64,000 nucleotides of DNA from a virus. Below, piece after piece: positions 50,302 through 60,000 of the stretch. Location: positions 72,890-136,889 of the IMG/VR virus record IMGVR_UViG_3300032282_005553; one strand, 5' to 3'. The position numbers were made by a program, and so were the translations under genes. Position 1 is the stretch's first letter; the number at the start of each line of letters is the position of its first letter. The notes beneath the pieces were generated by a model, which was not told where the DNA came from, made no database searches, and saw only the letters and a list, made by a program, of their open reading frames with translations.

Positions 50302-50762
50302 GTTTTTAGTCTCTCAAGCCAGGTTAATTCTGTTTCTATATATTCTATACTTAAGCCACTCATCTCTATAAATAGATCGAATCTAGATTTACTATTTTCG
50401 TCAAATAAATGAGTACCATGTGATTTGTGCATGTAAACTTTTTTAATTCCTTCTTGCCACAGAGCCATTATACAATCGTTACATGATTGTCCCGTGATAT
50501 AAGCTATTCCGTTATCTGGACGTATGACACAATTTGATAGAGCATTTCGTTCTGCATGAATCATCCAAGGGTATTTATCTGGTCGAGTATTTGGAAGTTT
50601 AGAATCGTCTAGTCCTTTTGGAAAACCATTATATCCAACGCCAAGAATTCTGTGATTATTATCTGTTATAATGCATCCATGCTGTGTCTGAATATCGTGA
50701 CTCCTAAGAGACACGACTTTTGCCAAGCCTAAAAAATATTCGGTCCACGATGGTCTGTCCAT
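50298..50762 (-). CDS. dCMP deaminase (ComEB-like)
   Basis: 'RPSWTEYF', 'GYNG', 'HAERNAL', 'SCNDC'; likely start MDRPSW at 50762. Confidence 0.9.
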   Translation of the reverse strand: MDRPSWTEYFLGLAKVVSLRSHDIQTQHGCIITDNNHRILGVGYNGFPKGLDDSKLPNTRPDKYPWMIHAERNALSNCVIRPDNGIAYITGQSCNDCIMALWQEGIKKVYMHKSHGTHLFDENSKSRFDLFIEMSGLSIEYIETELTWLERLKT

Positions 50763-50768
50763 AACTGT

Positions 50769-50796
50769 ATTATATTGAATCCGGGATAGGTCGCAA
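50769..50796 (-). promoter_or_regulatory. sigma70-type promoter, probably giving a leaderless mRNA
   Basis: TTGCGA-16 nt-TATAAT, then 6 nt, then ATG; no SD. Confidence 0.6.
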
Positions 50797-50797
50797 G

Positions 50798-53700
50798 TCA
50801 TGGACAACCTAATCCACTACATCTACCAATGACCGTGCCCTCATTATATGACGGAGGAAAGAAATATGCATCACCGTATACTGTTCCTCTGTTTATTGAT
50901 GGTATCAAAGACCCATTTGCTCCATCTGTATTTTTAAAATAGCCATTGCCTTGAATTATACCATCATTGTAAGATCCATAAAATGTTCCACTACTCATTA
51001 ATATTCCTTGGTTAATTGATGAACCAATAAATATGGCATGTCCGGCCACTACTCCTGTCATTGGTTGCTGCTGGTTTCCATATTGATCTATATTGGATTT
51101 TAGTCCATTAATTGATTCTTCTTTGAATTCACAATTATTGGTAACCGATCCGTAATTGGTTGAACTAATAAATAATCCACTACCATCTATTATTCCACTA
51201 TTTATTGATTGATTAATAAATTCAGCATATATATTTATAATCGCAGATTCACCATTAAAAGAAAAATATGACAAAAATGCTCCTTTTGCTAAGGTTCCTT
51301 GGTTTTTTGATTCTGTCATAACAGAATAGCCATCCACGGTTCCATAATTAATGCTTTCAGAAAATAAAATAGAATTAATATCATTTTTTATAGTTCCAAA
51401 ATTTATTCCACCAAAAGTTATAATTCCACCATAATTGCTTGTTGAGCTAGATACTTCTATATTTCCAGAATTGACACCCGTAAAATCAATGTCACTATCA
51501 ATTAAAGAGATAAGACCCATATTTATGTTTGTAAAACTAAAATCAATTCCACTAGATTTTATTACTCCACTATTTACTGAATCTGAGAAATTTATACTTT
51601 CTTTAATATCTTTAATATAACCATGGTTATCAGAGTATGTAAATACAACATTCTCTGTACTATCAATTATTCCTTTATTTGTTGATCGACCAATAGTAGG
51701 ATGAAATTGATTAAAATAATTTTTGACCCCTATAAAAGAACAATTAGATCCACTTAGAAGAATGCCATTATTTACAGTATAATAATTTCTAAAAAATTGC
51801 TCCCCAATAGAGGCTGAGAATAAAGTATTTCCTATTATAAATCCATTATTAATTGCGTTATCAAAAAAATATCCCCCAGATAATGGACTATTGTTTATGC
51901 TTCCTTGCATAAAAGTGAAATTTATTCCAGTATACATAGAATTATTTATACTTGATCCATAAAATCCTGCTCCTCCATCGCATTGACCAATGTTAACGGC
52001 ACTATCAAAAAAAGATCCTGAGCCCAAAACGTGCCCCATATTTTTTGACCAATTAGCAAAGACAGGATTTTCAGTTATAATACCATAATTAATAGAACCT
52101 GATTCAAATAATGCCCCAGTTTGTATGACTCCGAAATTTTTTGCGTCTTCACTGAATGTTGGTATTTTTTTGCAAATTCCACTTAGTGTATTTTGAGAAT
52201 TACATGTAAATAATATTGTATTACAATCTAGCAGTCTTTCATTTTTAGAGTTATCACAAAAAGTTGCAGAATTTATACACTCTCCTCTATTTATGGATCT
52301 ACTATAAAATTCACCATTGCTCACCGTACCAGAAATAGAATTTTCTGATTGATCATAAAATGAAGCATTAGTAATTTTTCCATGATTTTTAGATTCATTG
52401 AATAAAAAACCATAATTTATATCTGTTAATTCAAGAGAATAATTTATTGTAGAATCATATAGTGCTACTATATAAACTTTACCTAGATTAATACTTTTAT
52501 TTTTAAAAATACCATAATTTACAGTACTATTTAATCCACTGCTATTAATGCTATAATTATTGAATACTGCCTTATCAGAAACTATGCCTGAATTAATAGT
52601 TCTATTATTAAAAATAGCATAATTAATTGTGCCTTTATTAACTGACTGATCTTCCAATATTATAAATCCGCTAGAAGTACCTAGACATATTCCATTATTT
52701 ATCGCATTTTTATTAAAAGTTGTTGATCCACTTGTAAACGAAATTGTTCCAACGTTAACTGAATCTAATCCAAATGACGTATTGGATTGTGATATACTTG
52801 CAGAATTATATCCTGTTAAGTTAAAAGTAATGGTAGATAAATTAATATTTCCATAATTTATAGATGTATTGAAGTTATATGTTCCATTACTAAGATTACC
52901 ATAGTTTGTGGATTTATTAAATACTATGCTTCCACTATACATATCTCCATAGTTATTGCTATATTGATTAAATGTTGCAGATCCGTCTAGTCCTCCGTTA
53001 TTGTCGGAATAATTGTCGAATGTCGAGGTTCCTGATAGTGTTCCGACATTAGTTGAATATATAAATTTTGAATTACCAATTACATTACCATTATTTATCC
53101 CACTAGTACACTGTAAACTACCAGAAACATTTCCATCATTAGTGGATTGAGTATATATACTAATATTTCCTACAACATCACTAGAGTTTGTGGAGTTACT
53201 ATGTAGTATTACTGTTCCAAGAATTCTATTATTGTTAGTGCTATTACCACTAAAATAATAAAATGATCCAGAATTTATACCATTGTTAGTACTGTTGTCT
53301 ATGAAATATCCTTCTGAAAAAGTTATACCATTATTGATTGATGAACCACTAAAAATACATCTACCATAAAGTTTGGATTGCTGTGAACTTGTTGATTCAT
53401 TATAGAAAGAACTATTTCCATAGCATTTTCCATTATTTTCACTATTAAAAAACTGACTCTCTGATTGCAATAATCCATTGTTAATTGCAGAATTTTTAAA
53501 TATACATAGACCTTCCATAGTACCATTGTTGGTGCTGTCATCCAATATTGACGATGGTGCTGTTATACTACAATTTTTTGTGATTATACTCTTATTATTA
53601 AAATGCACTCCAAGCGGAACTTTTTTGATAGAGCTTGGATCATCTGTTGCTATATCTTCTATAGCAGAGGACACTTCATCTGCATTTGAGGCACCACCAA

Positions 53701-54139
53701 CAGTTATAGTAGTAGTTATTTGACTAATATTATATGGTAGTATATTGCTATATAATATAGATGCGTTCGAAATAAATCTTTTTGATGTATTTATTTGAAT
53801 AAATGGTGAGGTTTTTTGGCTTTGGGAATATAAATCAACCTTATACAAATAAATATTTTTTGCTATAATTTCACCAAAATTCATAAGCTTACGAGGCTCA
53901 TTGTCATTATTTGCCCCTATCAGAAATAAAGTATTTTTTACATTCAAAGATTTTATCCCATCCAAAGATTTATCTCTTGTTGGCAATAAACATGCGTTGA
54001 TTTGGCCATATCCTGCAGGATCAAGGGATACAGTGGGCGGCTTGACTACTATTATATCTGTTTCGTGTGTTGGCAATGAGTCTGATTGATCAGATAAGTT
54101 AGAATTAGTAAACCATTTTGATAGATCGCAATACGACAT
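50798..54139 (-). CDS. Large beta-solenoid repeat protein
   Basis: Dozens of imperfect 'F-x3-S-x-N-x-G' repeats with a period of about 15-17 aa. Confidence 0.7.
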   Translation of the reverse strand: MSYCDLSKWFTNSNLSDQSDSLPTHETDIIVVKPPTVSLDPAGYGQINACLLPTRDKSLDGIKSLNVKNTLFLIGANNDNEPRKLMNFGEIIAKNIYLYKVDLYSQSQKTSPFIQINTSKRFISNASILYSNILPYNISQITTTITVGGASNADEVSSAIEDIATDDPSSIKKVPLGVHFNNKSIITKNCSITAPSSILDDSTNNGTMEGLCIFKNSAINNGLLQSESQFFNSENNGKCYGNSSFYNESTSSQQSKLYGRCIFSGSSINNGITFSEGYFIDNSTNNGINSGSFYYFSGNSTNNNRILGTVILHSNSTNSSDVVGNISIYTQSTNDGNVSGSLQCTSGINNGNVIGNSKFIYSTNVGTLSGTSTFDNYSDNNGGLDGSATFNQYSNNYGDMYSGSIVFNKSTNYGNLSNGTYNFNTSINYGNINLSTITFNLTGYNSASISQSNTSFGLDSVNVGTISFTSGSTTFNKNAINNGICLGTSSGFIILEDQSVNKGTINYAIFNNRTINSGIVSDKAVFNNYSINSSGLNSTVNYGIFKNKSINLGKVYIVALYDSTINYSLELTDINYGFLFNESKNHGKITNASFYDQSENSISGTVSNGEFYSRSINRGECINSATFCDNSKNERLLDCNTILFTCNSQNTLSGICKKIPTFSEDAKNFGVIQTGALFESGSINYGIITENPVFANWSKNMGHVLGSGSFFDSAVNIGQCDGGAGFYGSSINNSMYTGINFTFMQGSINNSPLSGGYFFDNAINNGFIIGNTLFSASIGEQFFRNYYTVNNGILLSGSNCSFIGVKNYFNQFHPTIGRSTNKGIIDSTENVVFTYSDNHGYIKDIKESINFSDSVNSGVIKSSGIDFSFTNINMGLISLIDSDIDFTGVNSGNIEVSSSTSNYGGIITFGGINFGTIKNDINSILFSESINYGTVDGYSVMTESKNQGTLAKGAFLSYFSFNGESAIINIYAEFINQSINSGIIDGSGLFISSTNYGSVTNNCEFKEESINGLKSNIDQYGNQQQPMTGVVAGHAIFIGSSINQGILMSSGTFYGSYNDGIIQGNGYFKNTDGANGSLIPSINRGTVYGDAYFFPPSYNEGTVIGRCSGLGCP

Positions 54140-54152
54140 AAATCACCCTGTA

Positions 54153-55817
54153 TTAGTCTGCTGCTTGGGTGCCATCAAGATACAAGACCAATTCTTCTTC
54201 ATACGAGTTTTCTCTGACTTTATAGAATTGAGTATAATTCAATTCATTTTTTGGAAATCCGTCATACAAAGATAGGGCAAAAACCATTCCTAGTGCTTTT
54301 TGTTTTGTGTCGCAAGACCACGGAGAACATAATGTGTCTCCTATATCTGAATTAACGCATCCTTTAACCTCCGGTTCAGCAGGATCAGCAGGCTTATATC
54401 CTTTGCATGATTTTTGATCAGTCCTCAACAATTTTAGCATACATTTCAAATGAGATTCTGTAACTAAAAAACTGCCATCTGGAATCGGTCCCCACGTAGG
54501 ATGTCCGCCATCGTTCCATTTTCCCCAGCTATTGGCTAATAAAAATACGCATTCATTATAGTCTACTTTTCGATCATCATATCCTATTATTGCATATGAA
54601 TGATACCATATTCTATCGGGATATGACAGACCAGAAGAATCTCTAACATTAGAAAAACCAACATTGGTCATTATAACAACACCGTAACCATTATAACACA
54701 AATCTTTAATAGATTGCATCATATCTTCGGACGATCTGGAATGTAAAAGAGATATTGTTTTTACTCTCTGTATTCCAGGAATATTATTATTTTTACAATT
54801 TTTTAAGGGAGAACTACTGTATTCTATATTTGTGTGCGTTATATAATTGTATCCATTAATTTTTTGGAAATATTTCAGTAGTAAATCACCTGGACAACTA
54901 TAGAAATTTGGTCCACTATTATTTAATAAATTTACATATCCTCCATATGATTTACGTTTTAATATTCCAATATGTATTAATGGATATTCTTCTACTGGTA
55001 AATTAATCTCATCTTGTGTGATGTCGTAATATCTTCTTGAGCCAAGACCCACCCTAAACTGACCATCTCTTTCTCCGGTAACATCATCACAGCAGAGATT
55101 CATTTGTTGGACACAGCTCAATCCTCCGGTACAGCATGGATCCTTGCTATTATCTTCTTTGCATTCTTTGCAGGGGCTACAAATAGCTGGCTTGGTTCCA
55201 TCTCCATCAGTTTTGCACTTAAATTTCGGAGACCCTAATGCGGAGCCTTGATTGCTACCTGTAGATTGATTTCTCCATGAGGGGAGACAGTCCATATCTC
55301 CGCAACCCGTTGCTCTATCATATAATGCCTTTGCTGTGTCAACTAAATTTGGTCCTAGAGTCATTAAACAGTCAGTAATAAAATTATCGCCAAAATGTTG
55401 TATATATTCTGTGGCGCCTCTGTGTTCCCAACTTGTATAATTTTTACTCTTTTCTAAATCACAAGCTCTCATAATGTCACAAGCATTTCTTATTGCGTGT
55501 GATGTTCCACTGCGAATATCTGGTTGAACTTCTGTAAATGCTTCTACGTCGAGCCTTTGTAGAAACCTAAAAGCTAAGCACAATTTGTCGGATCCAGTAT
55601 TCAATATGCCGGATGGATTTTGTTGAGGAGTTTGTTTTCCAAATGGCGTCTTATCAAAGCAAGGATACTTAAGCTGTTTCAGAAAATTAGATAATCTTTG
55701 AAGATCATACGGGGTTCCTGCTCCTATATCTCCTTGTTGTTGACCCAAAAAATCAGAATACCCAGGCTCACACGGCTCTGCTGTATACTGATAATACAAT
55801 TCCTTTGGACTTAACAT
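54153..55817 (-). CDS. Papain-like (C1) peptidase paralog lacking the catalytic Cys, with Cys-rich insertions
   Basis: 'QPDIRSGTSH', 'WYHSYAIIGY', 'ANSWGKWNDGGHP'; clear paralog of 60721-61647. Confidence 0.8.
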   Translation of the reverse strand: MLSPKELYYQYTAEPCEPGYSDFLGQQQGDIGAGTPYDLQRLSNFLKQLKYPCFDKTPFGKQTPQQNPSGILNTGSDKLCLAFRFLQRLDVEAFTEVQPDIRSGTSHAIRNACDIMRACDLEKSKNYTSWEHRGATEYIQHFGDNFITDCLMTLGPNLVDTAKALYDRATGCGDMDCLPSWRNQSTGSNQGSALGSPKFKCKTDGDGTKPAICSPCKECKEDNSKDPCCTGGLSCVQQMNLCCDDVTGERDGQFRVGLGSRRYYDITQDEINLPVEEYPLIHIGILKRKSYGGYVNLLNNSGPNFYSCPGDLLLKYFQKINGYNYITHTNIEYSSSPLKNCKNNNIPGIQRVKTISLLHSRSSEDMMQSIKDLCYNGYGVVIMTNVGFSNVRDSSGLSYPDRIWYHSYAIIGYDDRKVDYNECVFLLANSWGKWNDGGHPTWGPIPDGSFLVTESHLKCMLKLLRTDQKSCKGYKPADPAEPEVKGCVNSDIGDTLCSPWSCDTKQKALGMVFALSLYDGFPKNELNYTQFYKVRENSYEEELVLYLDGTQAAD

Positions 55818-55826
55818 TATATGATA

Positions 55827-56075
55827 TCATTTTTGGTTAAGTTTGTTATAAAGTACAAGAGCTAAAACAGAACCAGCAACACCCATAACTAATCCAGCTG
55901 GTGAAACAGTTTGATACTGACCCAGAAGATAAAGAATGGCGCCTCCCAAATATGAGCCAGCAACACCAAGAGCAACAGTTTTTACAAAACCGAAATTTTC
56001 TTCTCCGGGTACTATGCTTTTAGCAATAGCTCCGACAAAAATACCATATACACACCATATTAATATACTAAACAT
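55827..56075 (-). CDS. GlsB/YeaQ/YmgE (transglycosylase-associated) membrane protein
   Basis: 'GIFVGAIAKSIVPG...TVALGVAGSYLGG...GVAGSVLAL'. Confidence 0.85.
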   Translation of the reverse strand: MFSILIWCVYGIFVGAIAKSIVPGEENFGFVKTVALGVAGSYLGGAILYLLGQYQTVSPAGLVMGVAGSVLALVLYNKLNQK

Positions 56076-56454
56076 TTGCAGCCTCCACTAATGAATAAAC
56101 TTCATCATCCTTGAGATTTTCGCCAACATCCATTAAACTTTCTGTTAGTTTGATACTATATTTTTTATATTGTTCTGAATTAAGATGATTTTTAATAATA
56201 CGTTTTATGCGTAGTCTGGTAAACCATCCTCTTTTTTTGCTGAATGTTCTTATAGACTCGCCGTAAATTGGTGTTTTGTCTTGGGCTATCATATTTTCAG
56301 TTTTATTTTTATTACATTCTTGTAATACTCTTATTAAAGTTAAAATAATGCTAATTACCATTAGTATGGCTATAACACTACCAAATTCTTCTTCCTCTGG
56401 TATGCCAGCTTTGTTCATTACATTTTTAGCGATGCCTTTAACTTCACTATTCAT
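56068..56454 (-). CDS. Membrane protein, one TM
   Basis: 'VIAILMVISIILTLIRVLQEC' followed by a basic helical domain. Confidence 0.65.
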   Translation of the reverse strand: MNSEVKGIAKNVMNKAGIPEEEEFGSVIAILMVISIILTLIRVLQECNKNKTENMIAQDKTPIYGESIRTFSKKRGWFTRLRIKRIIKNHLNSEQYKKYSIKLTESLMDVGENLKDDEVYSLVEAANV

Positions 56455-56459
56455 GATAT

Positions 56460-56816
56460 TTACCTTTGTAAATTAGTGCATGATCCATCATTGCATCTGG
56501 GTTTAGAGTTTAGTATGATTGGTGGATGTACAATAACTTTTGGTTTACTGTATGCTGGAGCAGTCGGCTCAGGTTGTTTGGTGTCTGGTATACAGTAACC
56601 ACACGGTACTCTGGTTATTTTATCTCCACTGACATAGTAACCTTTACCTAAGCATATTGAACAATCTTTTCTTTTATATTTTTTTACATTATCGACGTGT
56701 TGTGCTTTTACTATACCGCCAGCAACGACAACAGATGCTGTTGTTGATCTATCATAGCTGTAATCTCCAGCAGCAAAAATAGAAGATATTAATAATAAAC
56801 AAAATAATTTATTCAT
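56460..56816 (-). CDS. Secreted small Cys protein with a DnaJ-like Zn-finger motif
   Basis: Signal peptide; 'CSICLGKG...CGYC'; C-terminal 'CNDGSC'. Confidence 0.65.
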   Translation of the reverse strand: MNKLFCLLLISSIFAAGDYSYDRSTTASVVVAGGIVKAQHVDNVKKYKRKDCSICLGKGYYVSGDKITRVPCGYCIPDTKQPEPTAPAYSKPKVIVHPPIILNSKPRCNDGSCTNLQR

Positions 56817-56988
56817 TTTTAGGTGCCTTTGGTCTAGGTAATATTTTTTTACGTCTATTTGGCTTAGCAGGAATAATTGGAGTATCTTCTTCTTTGATTT
56901 TTGGAGCTATTAGTTTTAATACACCTAATATGAACCCCGATATCATACTAATTAGCCTATTTAATAATATTCTGTCTAATAATCTCAT
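56809..56988 (-). CDS. Small membrane-associated protein (59 aa, below the ORF-track cutoff)
   Basis: GAGGTG SD; MRLLDRILLNRLISMISGFILGVLKLIAPK... with a Pro/Lys-rich tail; overlaps the next start. Confidence 0.65.
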   Translation of the reverse strand: MRLLDRILLNRLISMISGFILGVLKLIAPKIKEEDTPIIPAKPNRRKKILPRPKAPKNE

Positions 56989-57070
56989 AATTCACCTCAT
57001 TAAAAAAATAGATACTAAGTTATACTCCGTTCGATCATTAATCCTAAAATAACTTAAGAAATATTGTTTA

Positions 57071-60000
57071 TTAACAAGGTACTAGATTAATTGGAATTTC
57101 GCCAACAGGAGTGGTACTGCATCTACTATTCCAATATAAATCATTATATGGCCAATTATAAACTAAGCCAGTAACTTTGATTTCAGGAGTGGCTCCGTTG
57201 ATTACTGTATCTAAATTTTTAACTGTAGCATACTTAAGATACTTACATGCCCATTCCCTAGTTGCATCAACACCTGTACCAGCATAAAGCCTAACAATAT
57301 CTGTAGATGCATTAAGAGTTGTTGTATCATAAATCACATCATTTATTACAGGAACTGCCCCCAAGTTTTTTGGTTGAAAATATAGTACATATCCAGTAGG
57401 ATTAAATGCTGCAAAAGCTGACGAGTCTGGACGTATTGAGTATGAAGGACATACTGATACATCTATATCAATTGGTCTGCCACTATCTCTTGGTAATTGA
57501 TAACTATTTAATGTTGATACATCAATTATATTACGACAAGGATTAGTGTATTCTGTACAATTACTTAGCGATGGTGTTACTACTCTGCATGTGTCTAGAA
57601 ATTTTATAGCTAAAGAATATAGGTCGCTGCCGCTATCACAACTTGGTGGAAATGCAGATGAATTAGGCTGATTTTCACAAGTTCCGTTTTCGGTTTCTGT
57701 ATCTCCAGCACACATAATAACAGTATATGAGTCTGCTATTGTATAGTCATTATATGCTCTTCGATATCTAGTTTTTATAGGAATATTAATTGATGTCAAC
57801 TCTGCAGGAAGAGGACCAACACGGCCATCTTGAACAGTGTCACTTAGTGATAAATACATAACAGAAGATGAAGCATTAGAAGTAGAAGAAACCCCAAAAG
57901 TTAAGCCCCATGGAGAATCATCTATTGGAGTATAAAACAATGAAACGCCATCTACTGGTGGATCAATACGAGTTCCACTAAATGAGTAGGATCTATTTAA
58001 TTCAGGATAATATGGATGATTAGATATTGTAATATTTATAAATTTACTTATATATAGAGATAAATTATCTCCTGCTGAAGGAGGAGAGGATGGCATATCA
58101 GATAGATTAATTAAGCATCCTGTTAGTGCTGCGCTTGGTATGTCGAGACCAGTTAAAGGTATACAATTTAGTGATGGATTCCATCCAGTAGAACAGTCGA
58201 TATCTATTGGGGGGATAGATCCTTTAGAATAAATACCAGGAGAACCGGTTGCATAAGCAATAGGACTTCCCCCTGATCCTACATATGCACCCTTATAATT
58301 TGGCGTACTATAGCCAGTATTTACAATATTATTGTTATTATATTCCCAATAGAATGAACGATTGGTTATAGCTTGACCAAAAGATACTCCAGTGAAATAG
58401 ATCCAAGAATTTTGGGAAGAACCAGAAGGAACAAATAAGTGAGTACCATCTCCGTTAGAACTAAACGAAACGGCAGATCCTGAATAATATCCTATCTTAG
58501 TAGTAGATGGTAAACTCCAAAACTGTCTAAATGCTGGAATAGCCACAGCTGGATTATTTGTTTCGATAAATACCGCCGACTCACCAGAACCTAGAGATGT
58601 CCAACCGGATGGAATAATAGATACTGCATAATTTATGCTCTTACTATCGTCGTCCATTTTCCAGCCAGAAATGTTAATTCCAGAAGTATCAAAATTTGTA
58701 ATTTCAAACCAGTCCGGGGCCGAAGATAATCCATATTTTGCGGTAGAGTTGCTCATAACTTCTGTTATTCCAATTTTCATAGTAGGAACATATGGAGTAT
58801 CAACAGGTGGCGTTACGGCACTAGATCTAGCTAATATTGGTTGTGCGGCAAATCCCCAGAGGTCGTTAACTCCTTTAGGAACAACACTAAAATATAATCC
58901 TCCAAATAAGTTTGGAATATCGCTCATTTCGCTTTGTAATATAGTGTACAAAGAGTCCATGTTTCCAGAAGATACTGTATAAGTAGTATTATTAGTACTC
59001 ATTCCATGACTAGTGTTTGAGGAAGAATATCCTCCATAGCGATACTTATGATCTATAGAAGCTAAAAATATAATTTCATAAGTAATATTAGCAATAGATT
59101 GACCAGAGACATTTGTCGTAACAGGATCCCAATTCATTACAAAATTACCATTAACTAGTTGACCAGTAAGGTTGGTAACTGGCCTTGGTCTACTTAGAAA
59201 GTAATCGACTCTATCATCGCTATCTTGTATGAAATTTATTAAATTATTTTTTCCAGTTGTGATGGTTGAAGATGTTGTGGAACTTGGTTGTTTCATATCA
59301 CTATTAAAGGTATCTATTTTTTGATCAAAGATAGTATTAATATAGTTTATTATATTAGAATCATTTTTCAACCAATTATTGAATGCTACTAGTTCTGTAG
59401 CAAACTGGGTGAGTGTTGTATTATTTGCCCAGCATTGTTGTAAAAATCTACCATAGGCAAACCATGCTAATGCATTAAGAGCATCCTCGCTACAATAGCT
59501 GTCTGCGCCCCATGGTATAACATGAAATTTATTGTTGTTATCAGCAGCTAGATAACTATTATTTAAAAAAGTATTGTATCCGTCCATCTGCCCCAATAAA
59601 AGTTCAATGACAGCAAATTTAATGAACTGATTAATGTTAGCATAATTAGAAAAATTAGTATACCAATTAGAGGTAGAAGCTAACGCTGTTAAAAAATTGT
59701 TAATATTAGAACGACTCGATCCATATTCTCTACTATAGTATAAATCACTAGACGGAACATTTAGTTCTTGATTAGTTGTTGTTACTCCTAATTCATATAA
59801 TCCAGTAGTATTATTTGTGCCAAAAAATTCATTAATTTTGTAAAGATTTTTTAAATTTTCTACATTGATATATTCGCCATAGTCAGTATAAAATTCTATA
59901 TTTACACTAGATAGATCCGATAAAGTATATTCTGTCCCATTTAATGTTTCAGAAATTTTGAAAGATGTATCTGTTCTGTCCGAAGATATCACATAAAAAA

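Noticed and set aside
50798-54139. DNA tandem repeat or ice-nucleation protein
   Set aside because: Repeats are degenerate and only at protein level; no AGYGSTxT motif.
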